Assembly: GCA_050115495.1 (NCBI GenBank)
Contig: JASFQK010000010.1
Span: 64,001-128,000, forward strand
Reading direction: 5' to 3'
Origin: Phycisphaerae bacterium
GTDB lineage: Bacteria > Planctomycetota > Phycisphaerae > UBA1845 > Fen-1342
DNA: 64,000 nt
The position numbers and the translations under genes were made by a program. Positions 20,998 to 29,993 of the stretch are shown here, piece by piece; the first letter of the stretch is position 1, and every line of letters begins with the position of its first letter. The notes under the pieces were generated by a model. The model ran no database searches. It was not told the origin of the DNA and saw nothing but the letters and a program-made list of their open reading frames with translations.

Positions 20998-22392
20998 ATG
21001 AAGACCAGTCTGATAACGATCGCCTTGCTTGTGGCACTGGTGTGTGTGCCGACGGTGCTGGCGCAGTCGGGCACGCTGCCCCCGCAGATCGAGGCCCGGC
21101 GCTTCTATATCAACGGCGCATTACTGGACGTCTCTGAGACGCCCGGATTGCCTGTGCAGCTCGACGTCGAGGAACTGGACCGGGTCCGACTCGAGATAGA
21201 CGTGCGGATCATCCAGGAAGGCGACAGCGAGGAGGAGGAGACGGAGGAGATCGAGCTGTTTTACGAGAAGTTGAGCCAGTGGATCCCCTCCTATCCGTAT
21301 CTCTCACCGGAAGGCCCCCCCATCGGGGCGGACACGCAGGAATGGGAGTTTCTGCCGCTGGTACTGACCCGCCTGGACGCCTACTTCTACCGCGTCGCCA
21401 TCACCTTCGACATCCCGGAGATCAATGGCGTGAGCCAGGCCAAGTTGCGTGGCCTGGTCGATTACGACGTGTATTATCAGGTGCGCGTGCGCATCTGGGA
21501 TTCGGACGGTCCGAGCGAAGACGACCCGGTTCCGGGTTTCAGTTTCTTCATGGCCGTGGTTGAGGATCCGTCGCTGCGTCCGCCAAATCCGCCGCCCTTT
21601 GCCGATGCCGGGGCCGACGTGACGGTAGCTGCGGGCGCGACGATCTCGCTGGATGGCAGCCGGACATTCGATAGCTTTAACCTCGGATTTTACCCGCTGG
21701 ATCCGAACGTCTTCGAGCGTGACAATCTCGAGTACGTCTGGGAGCAGGTCACCGGAACGCCCGTGACCATCACGTATCCTGATCTGGTTGCCACGCCCTG
21801 GCTGGCGGAGGCGACGCTACAGGTTATCGGACAATATACGTTCCGCCTCGGTGTCACGGATGGCTACACGACCATGCCCGATCTCGACACGATGGTCGTC
21901 AACGTCGTCAGCTCCGTGCCCGTGAACCGTCCGCCGCACGCCGTCATCAACGGTCCCACGGAGACCGTCTCCGTCGGGGACGTCATCGAACTGGACGGCG
22001 GCGACTCCAGCGATCCCGACGGCGACACGCTCAGCTACCGCTGGCGCCAGACCGACGAAGTCGGTGGCGAGTTGCCCGCTTCCGAGTTCGGCGATCTCTT
22101 CCAACCGCTCGGTGGTGTCGAGGCGGAGATCACCACGTGGCAGGCGCAGCGGGCCGGCACGTACTACTTCATGCTCATCGTGGACGACGGCGAGCTGATC
22201 GATTCGGCCACGACGTCCGTCGAGGTGGTTAGCGTTGGCGGGCTCCAGGTCACCAGCGAGCAGGAGTCCGGCGAGGACAGCCAGCAGTCGCTGAACCTCA
22301 TCGTGCCCGGCACGGCCGGTTGCGGTGGCAGCCTGTTGCCGCTGGCCATGTTGCCGGCGTGCCTGTGGCTGATGCGCGGCCGTCGCCGCTAA
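20998..22392 (+). CDS. Secreted PKD/Ig-like domain protein with C-terminal Cys-TM-Arg tail
   Basis: Signal peptide; NPPPFADAGAD...LDGSRT and NRPPHAVI...LDGGDSSDPDGDTLSYRWRQ; ends GCGGSLLPLAMLPACLWLMRGRRR. Confidence 0.85.
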   Translation: MKTSLITIALLVALVCVPTVLAQSGTLPPQIEARRFYINGALLDVSETPGLPVQLDVEELDRVRLEIDVRIIQEGDSEEEETEEIELFYEKLSQWIPSYPYLSPEGPPIGADTQEWEFLPLVLTRLDAYFYRVAITFDIPEINGVSQAKLRGLVDYDVYYQVRVRIWDSDGPSEDDPVPGFSFFMAVVEDPSLRPPNPPPFADAGADVTVAAGATISLDGSRTFDSFNLGFYPLDPNVFERDNLEYVWEQVTGTPVTITYPDLVATPWLAEATLQVIGQYTFRLGVTDGYTTMPDLDTMVVNVVSSVPVNRPPHAVINGPTETVSVGDVIELDGGDSSDPDGDTLSYRWRQTDEVGGELPASEFGDLFQPLGGVEAEITTWQAQRAGTYYFMLIVDDGELIDSATTSVEVVSVGGLQVTSEQESGEDSQQSLNLIVPGTAGCGGSLLPLAMLPACLWLMRGRRR

Positions 22393-22454
22393 GCTGCTTC
22401 GCGAAGGTTGATTTCACAGGCGGGCGTCGAGCGAACTACTCGGCGCCCGCTTTC

Positions 22455-23453
22455 TTATGCGCGCTCGCGCCGGCCGCCTCGGCGGCGGCGTGGGTCGCCC
22501 GGCCGCGGCGGCTGGTGCTTCCACCGGCGGTGGGCCCAGAGGTATTGCTCGGGAGCGCGGCGGATCGCCGCTTCGAGGGCGTGCGAGAACGTCTGTGTGA
22601 CCCAGTGGAGCGGGTCGGCCTCGTCCTGCCACTCGGCGGGCTGGATGATGCGCTCGACCTGGACGCGATAGCGGAAGCCGGTGCCGCGGCGGGTCGCGGC
22701 CCCGATGATCACCGGCACGTCGTGCCGCATGGCAAGCAGCCCGATAGCCTTATACGTCGAGGCGGGTCGGCCAAAGAACTCGACGAACTGGCCTTTGCGG
22801 CCGGCGTCCTGGTCGGCGATGAAGCAGAGTGTGCCGCCGCGGTCCAGGATGTCGTCGGCGAACTCGGTGGCGCCCTTCTTGTACAGCAGGGTCAGTCCGC
22901 CGGCTTTGCGCGTCGCCACCAGGTAGCGGTTGATCAGCGGGTTGTCGAGCGGCCGCATGATCGCCGACAGGGGCAGACCGAGGTGGCAGATGATGAAGCC
23001 GGTCAGCTCGTAGTTGCCGAAGTGGCCGGTGAGCATGATGACGCCGCGGTCGCTGAGCAGCTCGCGGAGGGCGGGACCGAGGTTGTCCAACTCGACGTAG
23101 CGGGCCCAGGACCACTTGGTGATCAGCCGCGGCATCATCAGCAGCTCGACCAGATAGAGCTGGGCGAAGTGCTCGAGCGACTTGCGGCCGATGTCGATGA
23201 TCCTCTCGCGAGGGTACTCGCGAAAGGCTCGCCGCAGATTCCGTAGCGCCCGTCGGCGGTGCCGCGGAAAGAGCAGCCACCACAGCTTGCCCAGCACCCG
23301 CGCCGTTGCCAGGTTCGTCTCGATCGGGAAGCAATTGATGATCAGCGTCCACAGTCGCAGGCCGACGTACCCTGCGATTCGCTTCAGGGCGACGCCTAGC
23401 GTGGGCGCTTCCGTCCACTGCAACAGCGCTCGCCGCAGACGCCCAAGATTCAT
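22455..23453 (-). CDS. LpxL/HtrB-like lysophospholipid (lipid A-type) acyltransferase
   Basis: TGHFGNYE, RPLDNP, ADQDAG...FFGR, PEQYLWAHRRWK. ATGA overlap with the upstream gene. Confidence 0.9.
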   Translation of the reverse strand: MNLGRLRRALLQWTEAPTLGVALKRIAGYVGLRLWTLIINCFPIETNLATARVLGKLWWLLFPRHRRRALRNLRRAFREYPRERIIDIGRKSLEHFAQLYLVELLMMPRLITKWSWARYVELDNLGPALRELLSDRGVIMLTGHFGNYELTGFIICHLGLPLSAIMRPLDNPLINRYLVATRKAGGLTLLYKKGATEFADDILDRGGTLCFIADQDAGRKGQFVEFFGRPASTYKAIGLLAMRHDVPVIIGAATRRGTGFRYRVQVERIIQPAEWQDEADPLHWVTQTFSHALEAAIRRAPEQYLWAHRRWKHQPPRPGDPRRRRGGRRERA

Positions 23454-25399
23454 CCGTCGCTGCCTTGAGATGTGGCCGGCATGGTCGCCGGCTGACTCGA
23501 TGGCCACTCGGTCGCCCAGCCCTTTTCCTTCCGCTGCGCTTGCCCCTCATCACTGAGCCACAGCGCCGGCTCCGGGAACGGCGGCGGCCGGTTGCCGAAC
23601 AGCACAAAGTGGCGGTCCTCACGCCCGTAGCGTGTCTGGAGCCACAGATGCACGGGCGGCAGCGGCCGGCCCTGTTTCGCCAGCTCGGGCGGGGCCGCAT
23701 TGATGAACGTCAGGTAGTCCCTGAACCCGGCCAGGAACAGCACCGGCTCCGGCCCGGCGAGCTTGTTCACCATCTCCTCGCCGTAGCGGCGGATCTCGTA
23801 GTCCAGATCGCGGCGGTAGTCCTGCTCGGCGAGCAGTTCCAGTTGATCGATGACGCGCGGGAAGCGGAAGTCGCCGTACCAGATGATCCGCGAGTCCTGG
23901 CTGCCTACGTTCAGGATTCGGGCCTGGTCGGCGGCGGGCACTTTCGCCCGAATCTGCTCGGCCATGTCGATGAACGGGCGCTGCGACATCAGCAGCGGTA
24001 CCAGGTTCGGCCACGCCCACAGCCACGTCGCCCACATCGTCACGACGATCGCCCCGAACGAGGCGTGCTCCCGCCGACGGTAGTAGAGCCAGGCCGCCAG
24101 CGAGAGGCTGACGGTTAGCAGGATACCCGTGACGATGTACGCGGTCGCCACGTCGCTTCCATCGGCCATACCGGCGAGTTCGTAGCTGCCCCGCAGCCGC
24201 CACCAGCGTCGCAGGCCGAAGACGCCGCATGCTGCCAGGCCAATCGGCAGGGCCAGCCAGACGACGATCGCGCCGGTGAGGTCCCGCTGGCGGCTGGCGG
24301 CCCGTTGCGGGTCGAAGAATGCGGCCAGCTCGATTCCGAGCAGGACGAACAGCGGCGGCAGCGCCGGCAGGAAATATCGCCATTCCTTGCCGGTCGACGC
24401 CGTGAAGAAGACCAGCAGGCTGGCGAACCAGATCACCATGAACAGCGTGCCGTCACGGTTGACGCCCGCTTGTCGCCGAAAGGCGCGGACGAATGCGCCC
24501 GGCAGCGACAGCGTGAACGGCAGGCAGTACAGCAGCGGCGGCCCGAGATACGTGAACAGGAACTTCCAGCTCCCTTGCCCCTCGACATTCGGCAGGTCGC
24601 CAGTGAAGCGGTCGATGAATTCGACGCGCCACTTGGCCAGGGCCGTTCCTTCGGCCAGCGTGACGCTCGCCGCCCAGGGCAGCCACGGCAGGAAGAACAG
24701 CACCAGCCCGAGCAGGTGCCAGCGGTCGGCCAGCAGCCCCCATCGCCGCCGGAGCACGATGTAGCACACCGCCGGCAGCCCTACCACGACCAGCGGCATG
24801 GGCATCTTGTAGAGCATGCCCACGCCGGCGGCGAAGTAGCCGAGCATCCACAAGGCGTGCCGTCGCGGTCCGCGTGGGTAGCACTCCGCTCCGATCCACA
24901 CCGCCGCCAGGGCCACCGTACAGCACGTCGTCAGGCCCAGGTCCGATGCTCCGCGGTGTGACCACCACAGGATGAGCGTGCTGCCGGCGGCGGCGAAGCC
25001 GGCGAAGATCGCGGCCCGCTCGCCCGCCACGTGCCGAGTGAGCCAGAAGATCACCGCCACGAGCAGGACTGCAGCCAGCGCGTTCGGGATTCGGGCACAG
25101 ATCTCGTCGACGGGCGTTCCGCGGGCCATGCTGACCAGCATGACGGCCCAGTACGGCCCGGGTGATTTCTGCATGCGCACTTCGCCGGAGAACTGCGGCA
25201 CGAGCCACTTGCCCTCCTGCTGCATCTCGCGGGCGGTCTGGGCCACCCAGCAGTCGATGGGTTCGAAGCGGGCGCCGCCGGCGAGATCGTAAAAGCAGAG
25301 CACCGTGGTCCAGCCGAGGATGGCGAGGAGCCAGGCGGTGGTCGCCGGCCGGGCCGGGCCGGGCGTGATGGCGGTGCGGGGGCTGTCCGCTGCACTCAT
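23450..25399 (-). CDS. ArnT/GT83-like membrane glycosyltransferase (GT-C)
   Basis: AREM...WLVPQFSGEVR.QKSPGPYW, ARIPNAL, KEWRYFLPALPPL; many TM helices. Confidence 0.88.
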   Translation of the reverse strand: MSAADSPRTAITPGPARPATTAWLLAILGWTTVLCFYDLAGGARFEPIDCWVAQTAREMQQEGKWLVPQFSGEVRMQKSPGPYWAVMLVSMARGTPVDEICARIPNALAAVLLVAVIFWLTRHVAGERAAIFAGFAAAGSTLILWWSHRGASDLGLTTCCTVALAAVWIGAECYPRGPRRHALWMLGYFAAGVGMLYKMPMPLVVVGLPAVCYIVLRRRWGLLADRWHLLGLVLFFLPWLPWAASVTLAEGTALAKWRVEFIDRFTGDLPNVEGQGSWKFLFTYLGPPLLYCLPFTLSLPGAFVRAFRRQAGVNRDGTLFMVIWFASLLVFFTASTGKEWRYFLPALPPLFVLLGIELAAFFDPQRAASRQRDLTGAIVVWLALPIGLAACGVFGLRRWWRLRGSYELAGMADGSDVATAYIVTGILLTVSLSLAAWLYYRRREHASFGAIVVTMWATWLWAWPNLVPLLMSQRPFIDMAEQIRAKVPAADQARILNVGSQDSRIIWYGDFRFPRVIDQLELLAEQDYRRDLDYEIRRYGEEMVNKLAGPEPVLFLAGFRDYLTFINAAPPELAKQGRPLPPVHLWLQTRYGREDRHFVLFGNRPPPFPEPALWLSDEGQAQRKEKGWATEWPSSQPATMPATSQGSDG

Positions 25400-25520
25400 G
25401 CGGGGACCCTCATGCTGGAGATTGCCGACCGTGCCAAAGACTCGGATTTTAGCCTGCGGTCGCCTTATCTGCATCAGGCCTGTATCATGGAGCCGTCGGG
25501 GTTCCCCGCGGAGGAAAGAC

Positions 25521-26606
25521 ATGACCATCAGCAGACGCGATTTTGTACGTACCACCGCAGCTGGCCTGGCGGCGGTTGGGCTCACTGGCGGTACGTCCGA
25601 AGCCGCTGCCCAGGAAGACGAGAAGCCGGAGACGCCCCCGGGTCCCGGCGGGCCGATCGTAATCGCCAGTGCCAATGGGGTTGGGGCCTGTCAGCGAGCC
25701 ATGGAGTTGCTGCGCGAGCACGCCGACCCGGTGGACGCTGCCGTTGCGGGCGTGAGCCTCGTCGAGGATGACCCCAAGGATCATTCGGTTGGGTACGGCG
25801 GGCTGCCCAACGAGGACGGCGTCGTCGAGCTCGATTCGTGTGTGATGCACGGCCCCACGCATCAGGCCGGCGGGGTCGCCGCCTTGCAGAGGATTCGCCA
25901 TCCGAGCCAGGTGGCGGCGCTGGTCATGCGCCGCACCGATCACGTTCTGCTCGTTGGCGAGGGCGCCCTGCGCTTCGCTAAGGCCCACGGCTTCGATGAA
26001 GAGGAGCTGCTCACCGACGAGGCCCGTCGGATTTGGCTGAAGTGGAAAGAGACGCACTCGGACAAGGACGACTGGCTCCACCCCGAGGCGAACGAGGAGG
26101 CGGCCCGTCGTCTGCGCAAGCTCGGGTTGCCGTTTACGTACGGCACGATTTCCTGCCTGGCGCTCACGGCCGGCGGGGACCTGGGTGGCTGCACGACGAC
26201 GAGCGGGTTGAGCTACAAGCTGCCCGGCCGCGTTGGGGACTCACCCATCATCGGCGCCGGGCTGTACGTGGATAACGGCGTCGGGGCCTGCGGGTCGACC
26301 GGGCGTGGCGAGGCCAACCTCCAGAACTGCTCGTCGTTCATGATCGTCGAGCTGATGCGTCGTGGGATGACGCCGACGGAGGCCTCCCTCGAAGTGCTCC
26401 GGCGGGTGGCGGCCCGGACCGTGAAGCGGCTGCTCGATGCCGCCGGTGAGCCAAACTTCGGCCTCACGTTCTACGCGCTGCGCAAGGACGGGGTCGTGGG
26501 CGGGGCTTCGCTCCGGGGGCCCGGCCGGATGGCGTTTCACGACGGGGACCGGTGCCGTTTGGTGGATGTGCCGGGTTTGTACACGGCGCTGCCGGACGAG
26601 GAGTAG
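25521..26606 (+). CDS. Tat-exported N(4)-(beta-N-acetylglucosaminyl)-L-asparaginase / type 2 asparaginase (Ntn hydrolase)
   Basis: Tat motif SRRDFV; SVGYGGLPN, ELDSCVM, GTISCLA (nucleophile Thr), GRVGDSPIIGAG, STGRGE. Confidence 0.9.
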   Translation: MTISRRDFVRTTAAGLAAVGLTGGTSEAAAQEDEKPETPPGPGGPIVIASANGVGACQRAMELLREHADPVDAAVAGVSLVEDDPKDHSVGYGGLPNEDGVVELDSCVMHGPTHQAGGVAALQRIRHPSQVAALVMRRTDHVLLVGEGALRFAKAHGFDEEELLTDEARRIWLKWKETHSDKDDWLHPEANEEAARRLRKLGLPFTYGTISCLALTAGGDLGGCTTTSGLSYKLPGRVGDSPIIGAGLYVDNGVGACGSTGRGEANLQNCSSFMIVELMRRGMTPTEASLEVLRRVAARTVKRLLDAAGEPNFGLTFYALRKDGVVGGASLRGPGRMAFHDGDRCRLVDVPGLYTALPDEE

Positions 26607-26636
26607 ATCTCGCGCTGTAGACGCGCGAGGTGCCGG

Positions 26637-28037
26637 TCAAGGTTGTATCGCGGCGGCGGCCCGCTGGGCGGCGCGTCGTTCTTCGATGGCGCGGACGAGC
26701 CGGTCGCGGGTGTAGAGGGCGGCGGATTCCCGGCCGTTGCGCGTGGCGAGAATGTGCAGGACAGCGAGCGTGCGGTCCGGCTCGTACGCGTACGTGTGTC
26801 GGGCGAGGTATGTGGGGTCTTCCAGCAGCAGGTCGTACGTCTGCGCCATGGTCTTGTCCGGTGCAGGCACGAAGCGGAAGTCGATCTGGAAGGGGTACCG
26901 GCCCTTGGCGAAATGCCGGCGGCACTCGTACGCCTGCACGTTGGCCCAGGATATGGCCAGCACCATCAGGCCCACCGCCACGCCGCGCCAGGCTCGACTC
27001 GGCCGCCGCCACAGCGCATCCCAGAACAGCCCGGCGAACAGGAGGACGCACATCACGATTGGCACGCCGCGACGCATGCCGGAAACTCGGCCGGACGCCG
27101 CGTAGAGCCCGACGGTTCCCAGCAACACGAGCCAGAGCCACAGGTGTTTCCGTTGCCGGAGCGTCAGCACCATGCCCGCCAGGGCCGATCCCCAGACGAG
27201 CGGAGACGACAACGCCGGATAGTCGTTCGAGCCGCAGTAGTAGCTGCCGCCGCGCACGACCGCCTCGTGCAGCATCTGTGCCAGATCGGCCACGAACTCG
27301 CGGGAACTCGACAGACTTCCGCCGCCTTGCAGCATCCGCGTGGCGTTGGTCCACCACAGCGCGGGCACGGCCAGCACGATGCCCGCGACTACGGGCACGC
27401 TGATCAGCAGCAGCCACGGCCGGCGCGGGGCCCGTCCGTGCCGCCAATAGATCATGCCGAACACCGCCGGGAAGAACCCCAGGCCGGCCGGATAGGTGAT
27501 CGCCGCGTACGCAACCAGGGCGGCGGCAGCGAACGCGGCGGCTTTGGCGGGCCGCGAGGCCAGCAGCAATGCCAGCAGGCCCGTGGGGCATTCGAGGCCG
27601 TACTCTGTTGCCATCCAGCAGTAGTTCAGCACGCCGGGCATGAGTATCGATATCAGGGCCACCCCCGCGGCCGCCGGCAGGGAACACTCCAGCACGCTCA
27701 CGGCGATCAGGAACAGCAGCGGGGCGATCGTGGCCATGGTGACGGCCTTCACCGTTCGGCCGTAGAACAGGTCGATGTGCGGAAGCACGTGTGATGCCGC
27801 CCAGTAATACGCGTGGGCGCCGATGTTCGTCGCCAAGGGATTGTGCTGGATGCGTTCCGGCAGCAGGGCGATGTCCCGGAATGATACGGAGGTTTCCTCG
27901 CCGGACAGCAGGCCGTTGGCGTTCACCGTCGCCAGCATGGCCAGGTTGACGCCCAGGTTGGCCAAGTACAGCACAACCACGCAGGCGACGAGCAGACGCC
28001 GATGAAACCCGCGCGGTAGTGGTGCCTCGCTTGTCAT
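26637..28037 (-). CDS. Polytopic membrane protein, probable GT-C glycosyltransferase
   Basis: About 10 TM helices; acidic GEE motif after TM1 and later ATEY, RR motifs, as in GT-C topology. Confidence 0.55.
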   Translation of the reverse strand: MTSEAPLPRGFHRRLLVACVVVLYLANLGVNLAMLATVNANGLLSGEETSVSFRDIALLPERIQHNPLATNIGAHAYYWAASHVLPHIDLFYGRTVKAVTMATIAPLLFLIAVSVLECSLPAAAGVALISILMPGVLNYCWMATEYGLECPTGLLALLLASRPAKAAAFAAAALVAYAAITYPAGLGFFPAVFGMIYWRHGRAPRRPWLLLISVPVVAGIVLAVPALWWTNATRMLQGGGSLSSSREFVADLAQMLHEAVVRGGSYYCGSNDYPALSSPLVWGSALAGMVLTLRQRKHLWLWLVLLGTVGLYAASGRVSGMRRGVPIVMCVLLFAGLFWDALWRRPSRAWRGVAVGLMVLAISWANVQAYECRRHFAKGRYPFQIDFRFVPAPDKTMAQTYDLLLEDPTYLARHTYAYEPDRTLAVLHILATRNGRESAALYTRDRLVRAIEERRAAQRAAAAIQP

Positions 28038-28080
28038 GATCGCCCCTCGGCGGGATCAGTGGTGAATTGTCTACATAAGG

Positions 28081-29904
28081 CTAGCTGCGTTTGAACTGTC
28101 GTTCAAGGTCGCGCAGGCTCAGCCGGAGGGTTGTGGGGCGTCCGTGGGGGCAATGGCTGCTGCGTTCGGCGACGTCGCGGCGAGCGAGCAGGGCGCGGAT
28201 TTCATCGTCGGTCAGCGGGTCGCCGGCCTTCACGGCGGCTTTGCAGGCCATCATGTCCAGGACGCTGTGCACGAGCGATTCGGTGTCGGGTCGGCGGCCG
28301 ACCTCGCTCAGCAGGTCCATCAGGTCGCGGACGAACGCCGCCGGCTCGAGTCGTTCGAGCAGCAGCGGAAAGGCGTGCAGGGCGACGCTGCGCGGGCCCG
28401 CCGCCTCCAGCACGAGTCCGAGCCGCCGCAACGTGTCGGCGTGCGTTTCGAGGATTTCGAGCCGGTCGGCGGGGACGGCGACGACCTCCGGGATGAGCAG
28501 GCGTTGGGCTTCGAGCGGCTGTTCGGTCAGGCGCTGCCGCAGCTCTTCGTAGAGAATGCGCTCGTGCAGGGCGTGCTGATCAATGATCATCAGCCCTTCG
28601 TCCGTTTCGACCACGAGATAGGTGTTGTGGATCTGGACGGCTCGCGCCGGCCGCGGCTCGGGGGCGATCATCTCCGGCGTCGCGACCGGCTCAGGTTGAG
28701 TAGGGGGCGCGACCGGGTGTTGTGTCGGCGGCGGGACTGGTTGCTCGCCGAAGTGCTCAGGTGTCGGCGACGTGGCGCGCGGCGGCGCGGCTGGAGCGGC
28801 GACTGGTGCGCCCGCCGCCGGCTGCGACCGCGTGAAGAAGTCCACCATTGCCTCCCGCACACGCTGCCGGTACGGGTTATCCGCTGGCGGTGCCGGACGC
28901 AGTCCGCGGTCGAGGTTCGTCGACAGGAACTTCTCCCGCAGGGCGGCTAACACCTGTCCGTGCACGTAGTTCGCGTCGCGCCAGCGGACCTCGACCTTCG
29001 TCGGGTGCACGTTTGCGTCCACCGCGGCCGGGTCGATGGTGATGAAGAGGAAGACGACGGGGTGCTGGTCCGGCTGAAGCAGGCTGCGGTACGCCTCGCG
29101 GACGGCGTGCGTCACGAAGCGGTCCCGCACGTACCGCCCGTTGACGAACACGTATTCCCACTTCGACGATTTGCGGCACTGCTCGGGCGGGGCGACGAGC
29201 CCCTCGACATGCACGCCGCCGCTGTCGCGCTGCACGGACAGCAACGTGCCGGCCAGCTCCGGCCCGTAGAAGTCGGCGATACGCTGCCGGGCATCGGACG
29301 AGGGTCCGAGCCGGTGCATTTCGCGCTGCTGGTGGCTGAGCGTCAGGGCGACCGCGGGGTGGGGCAGGGCGATCCGGGCGAACTGCTCGGTAACGTGCCC
29401 CATTTCGGTCTGGTTGGTGCGGAGGAATTTCCGCCGGGCGGGCACGCAGTAGAACAGGTCGTGGACGGAGACGGTCGTTCCGGGCGGTGCGGCGCATGGC
29501 TCCGGCTCGCCCACGTCGCCGGCATCGACACGGATGCGGTGGCCGACGTCGCTGTCCCGCCGGCGGGAGACGATCTCCAGCCGGGAGACGGCCCCGATGC
29601 TGGGCAGAGCCTCGCCGCGGAAGCCCATCGTATGGATGTTGAACAGGTCGTCGTCGACGCGGATCTTGCTGGTGGCGTGCGGCGTGACGCAGAGCCGCAG
29701 GTCGTCGACGTCCATGCCCACGCCGTCGTCGGCCACCTGTACGAGCCCGCGGCCGCCGTCGAGGATGGTCACATCGATGCGGGACGCCCCGGCGTCCAGG
29801 GCGTTTTCGATCAGCTCCTTCACGATGGACGATGGCCGCTCCACGCACTCGCCGGCGGCGATGCGGTTCACGAGTGTCGGCGGTAATACGCGAATCTGGC
29901 CCAT
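28081..29904 (-). CDS. mutL: DNA mismatch repair endonuclease MutL
   Basis: IAAGECVERP, KELIENALDAG, GFRGEAL, DANVHPTK, DQHALHERILYE, ACK, CPHGRP. Confidence 0.98.
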   Translation of the reverse strand: MGQIRVLPPTLVNRIAAGECVERPSSIVKELIENALDAGASRIDVTILDGGRGLVQVADDGVGMDVDDLRLCVTPHATSKIRVDDDLFNIHTMGFRGEALPSIGAVSRLEIVSRRRDSDVGHRIRVDAGDVGEPEPCAAPPGTTVSVHDLFYCVPARRKFLRTNQTEMGHVTEQFARIALPHPAVALTLSHQQREMHRLGPSSDARQRIADFYGPELAGTLLSVQRDSGGVHVEGLVAPPEQCRKSSKWEYVFVNGRYVRDRFVTHAVREAYRSLLQPDQHPVVFLFITIDPAAVDANVHPTKVEVRWRDANYVHGQVLAALREKFLSTNLDRGLRPAPPADNPYRQRVREAMVDFFTRSQPAAGAPVAAPAAPPRATSPTPEHFGEQPVPPPTQHPVAPPTQPEPVATPEMIAPEPRPARAVQIHNTYLVVETDEGLMIIDQHALHERILYEELRQRLTEQPLEAQRLLIPEVVAVPADRLEILETHADTLRRLGLVLEAAGPRSVALHAFPLLLERLEPAAFVRDLMDLLSEVGRRPDTESLVHSVLDMMACKAAVKAGDPLTDDEIRALLARRDVAERSSHCPHGRPTTLRLSLRDLERQFKRS

Positions 29905-29993
29905 GCGCTTTCCAGTCGGAGTGGCCGCAGTATAGCAGGATTGCGGTAGAATCGGGCCGCGCGCCGCCCCGGCGGCCGGAAAGGAGAGATCGC

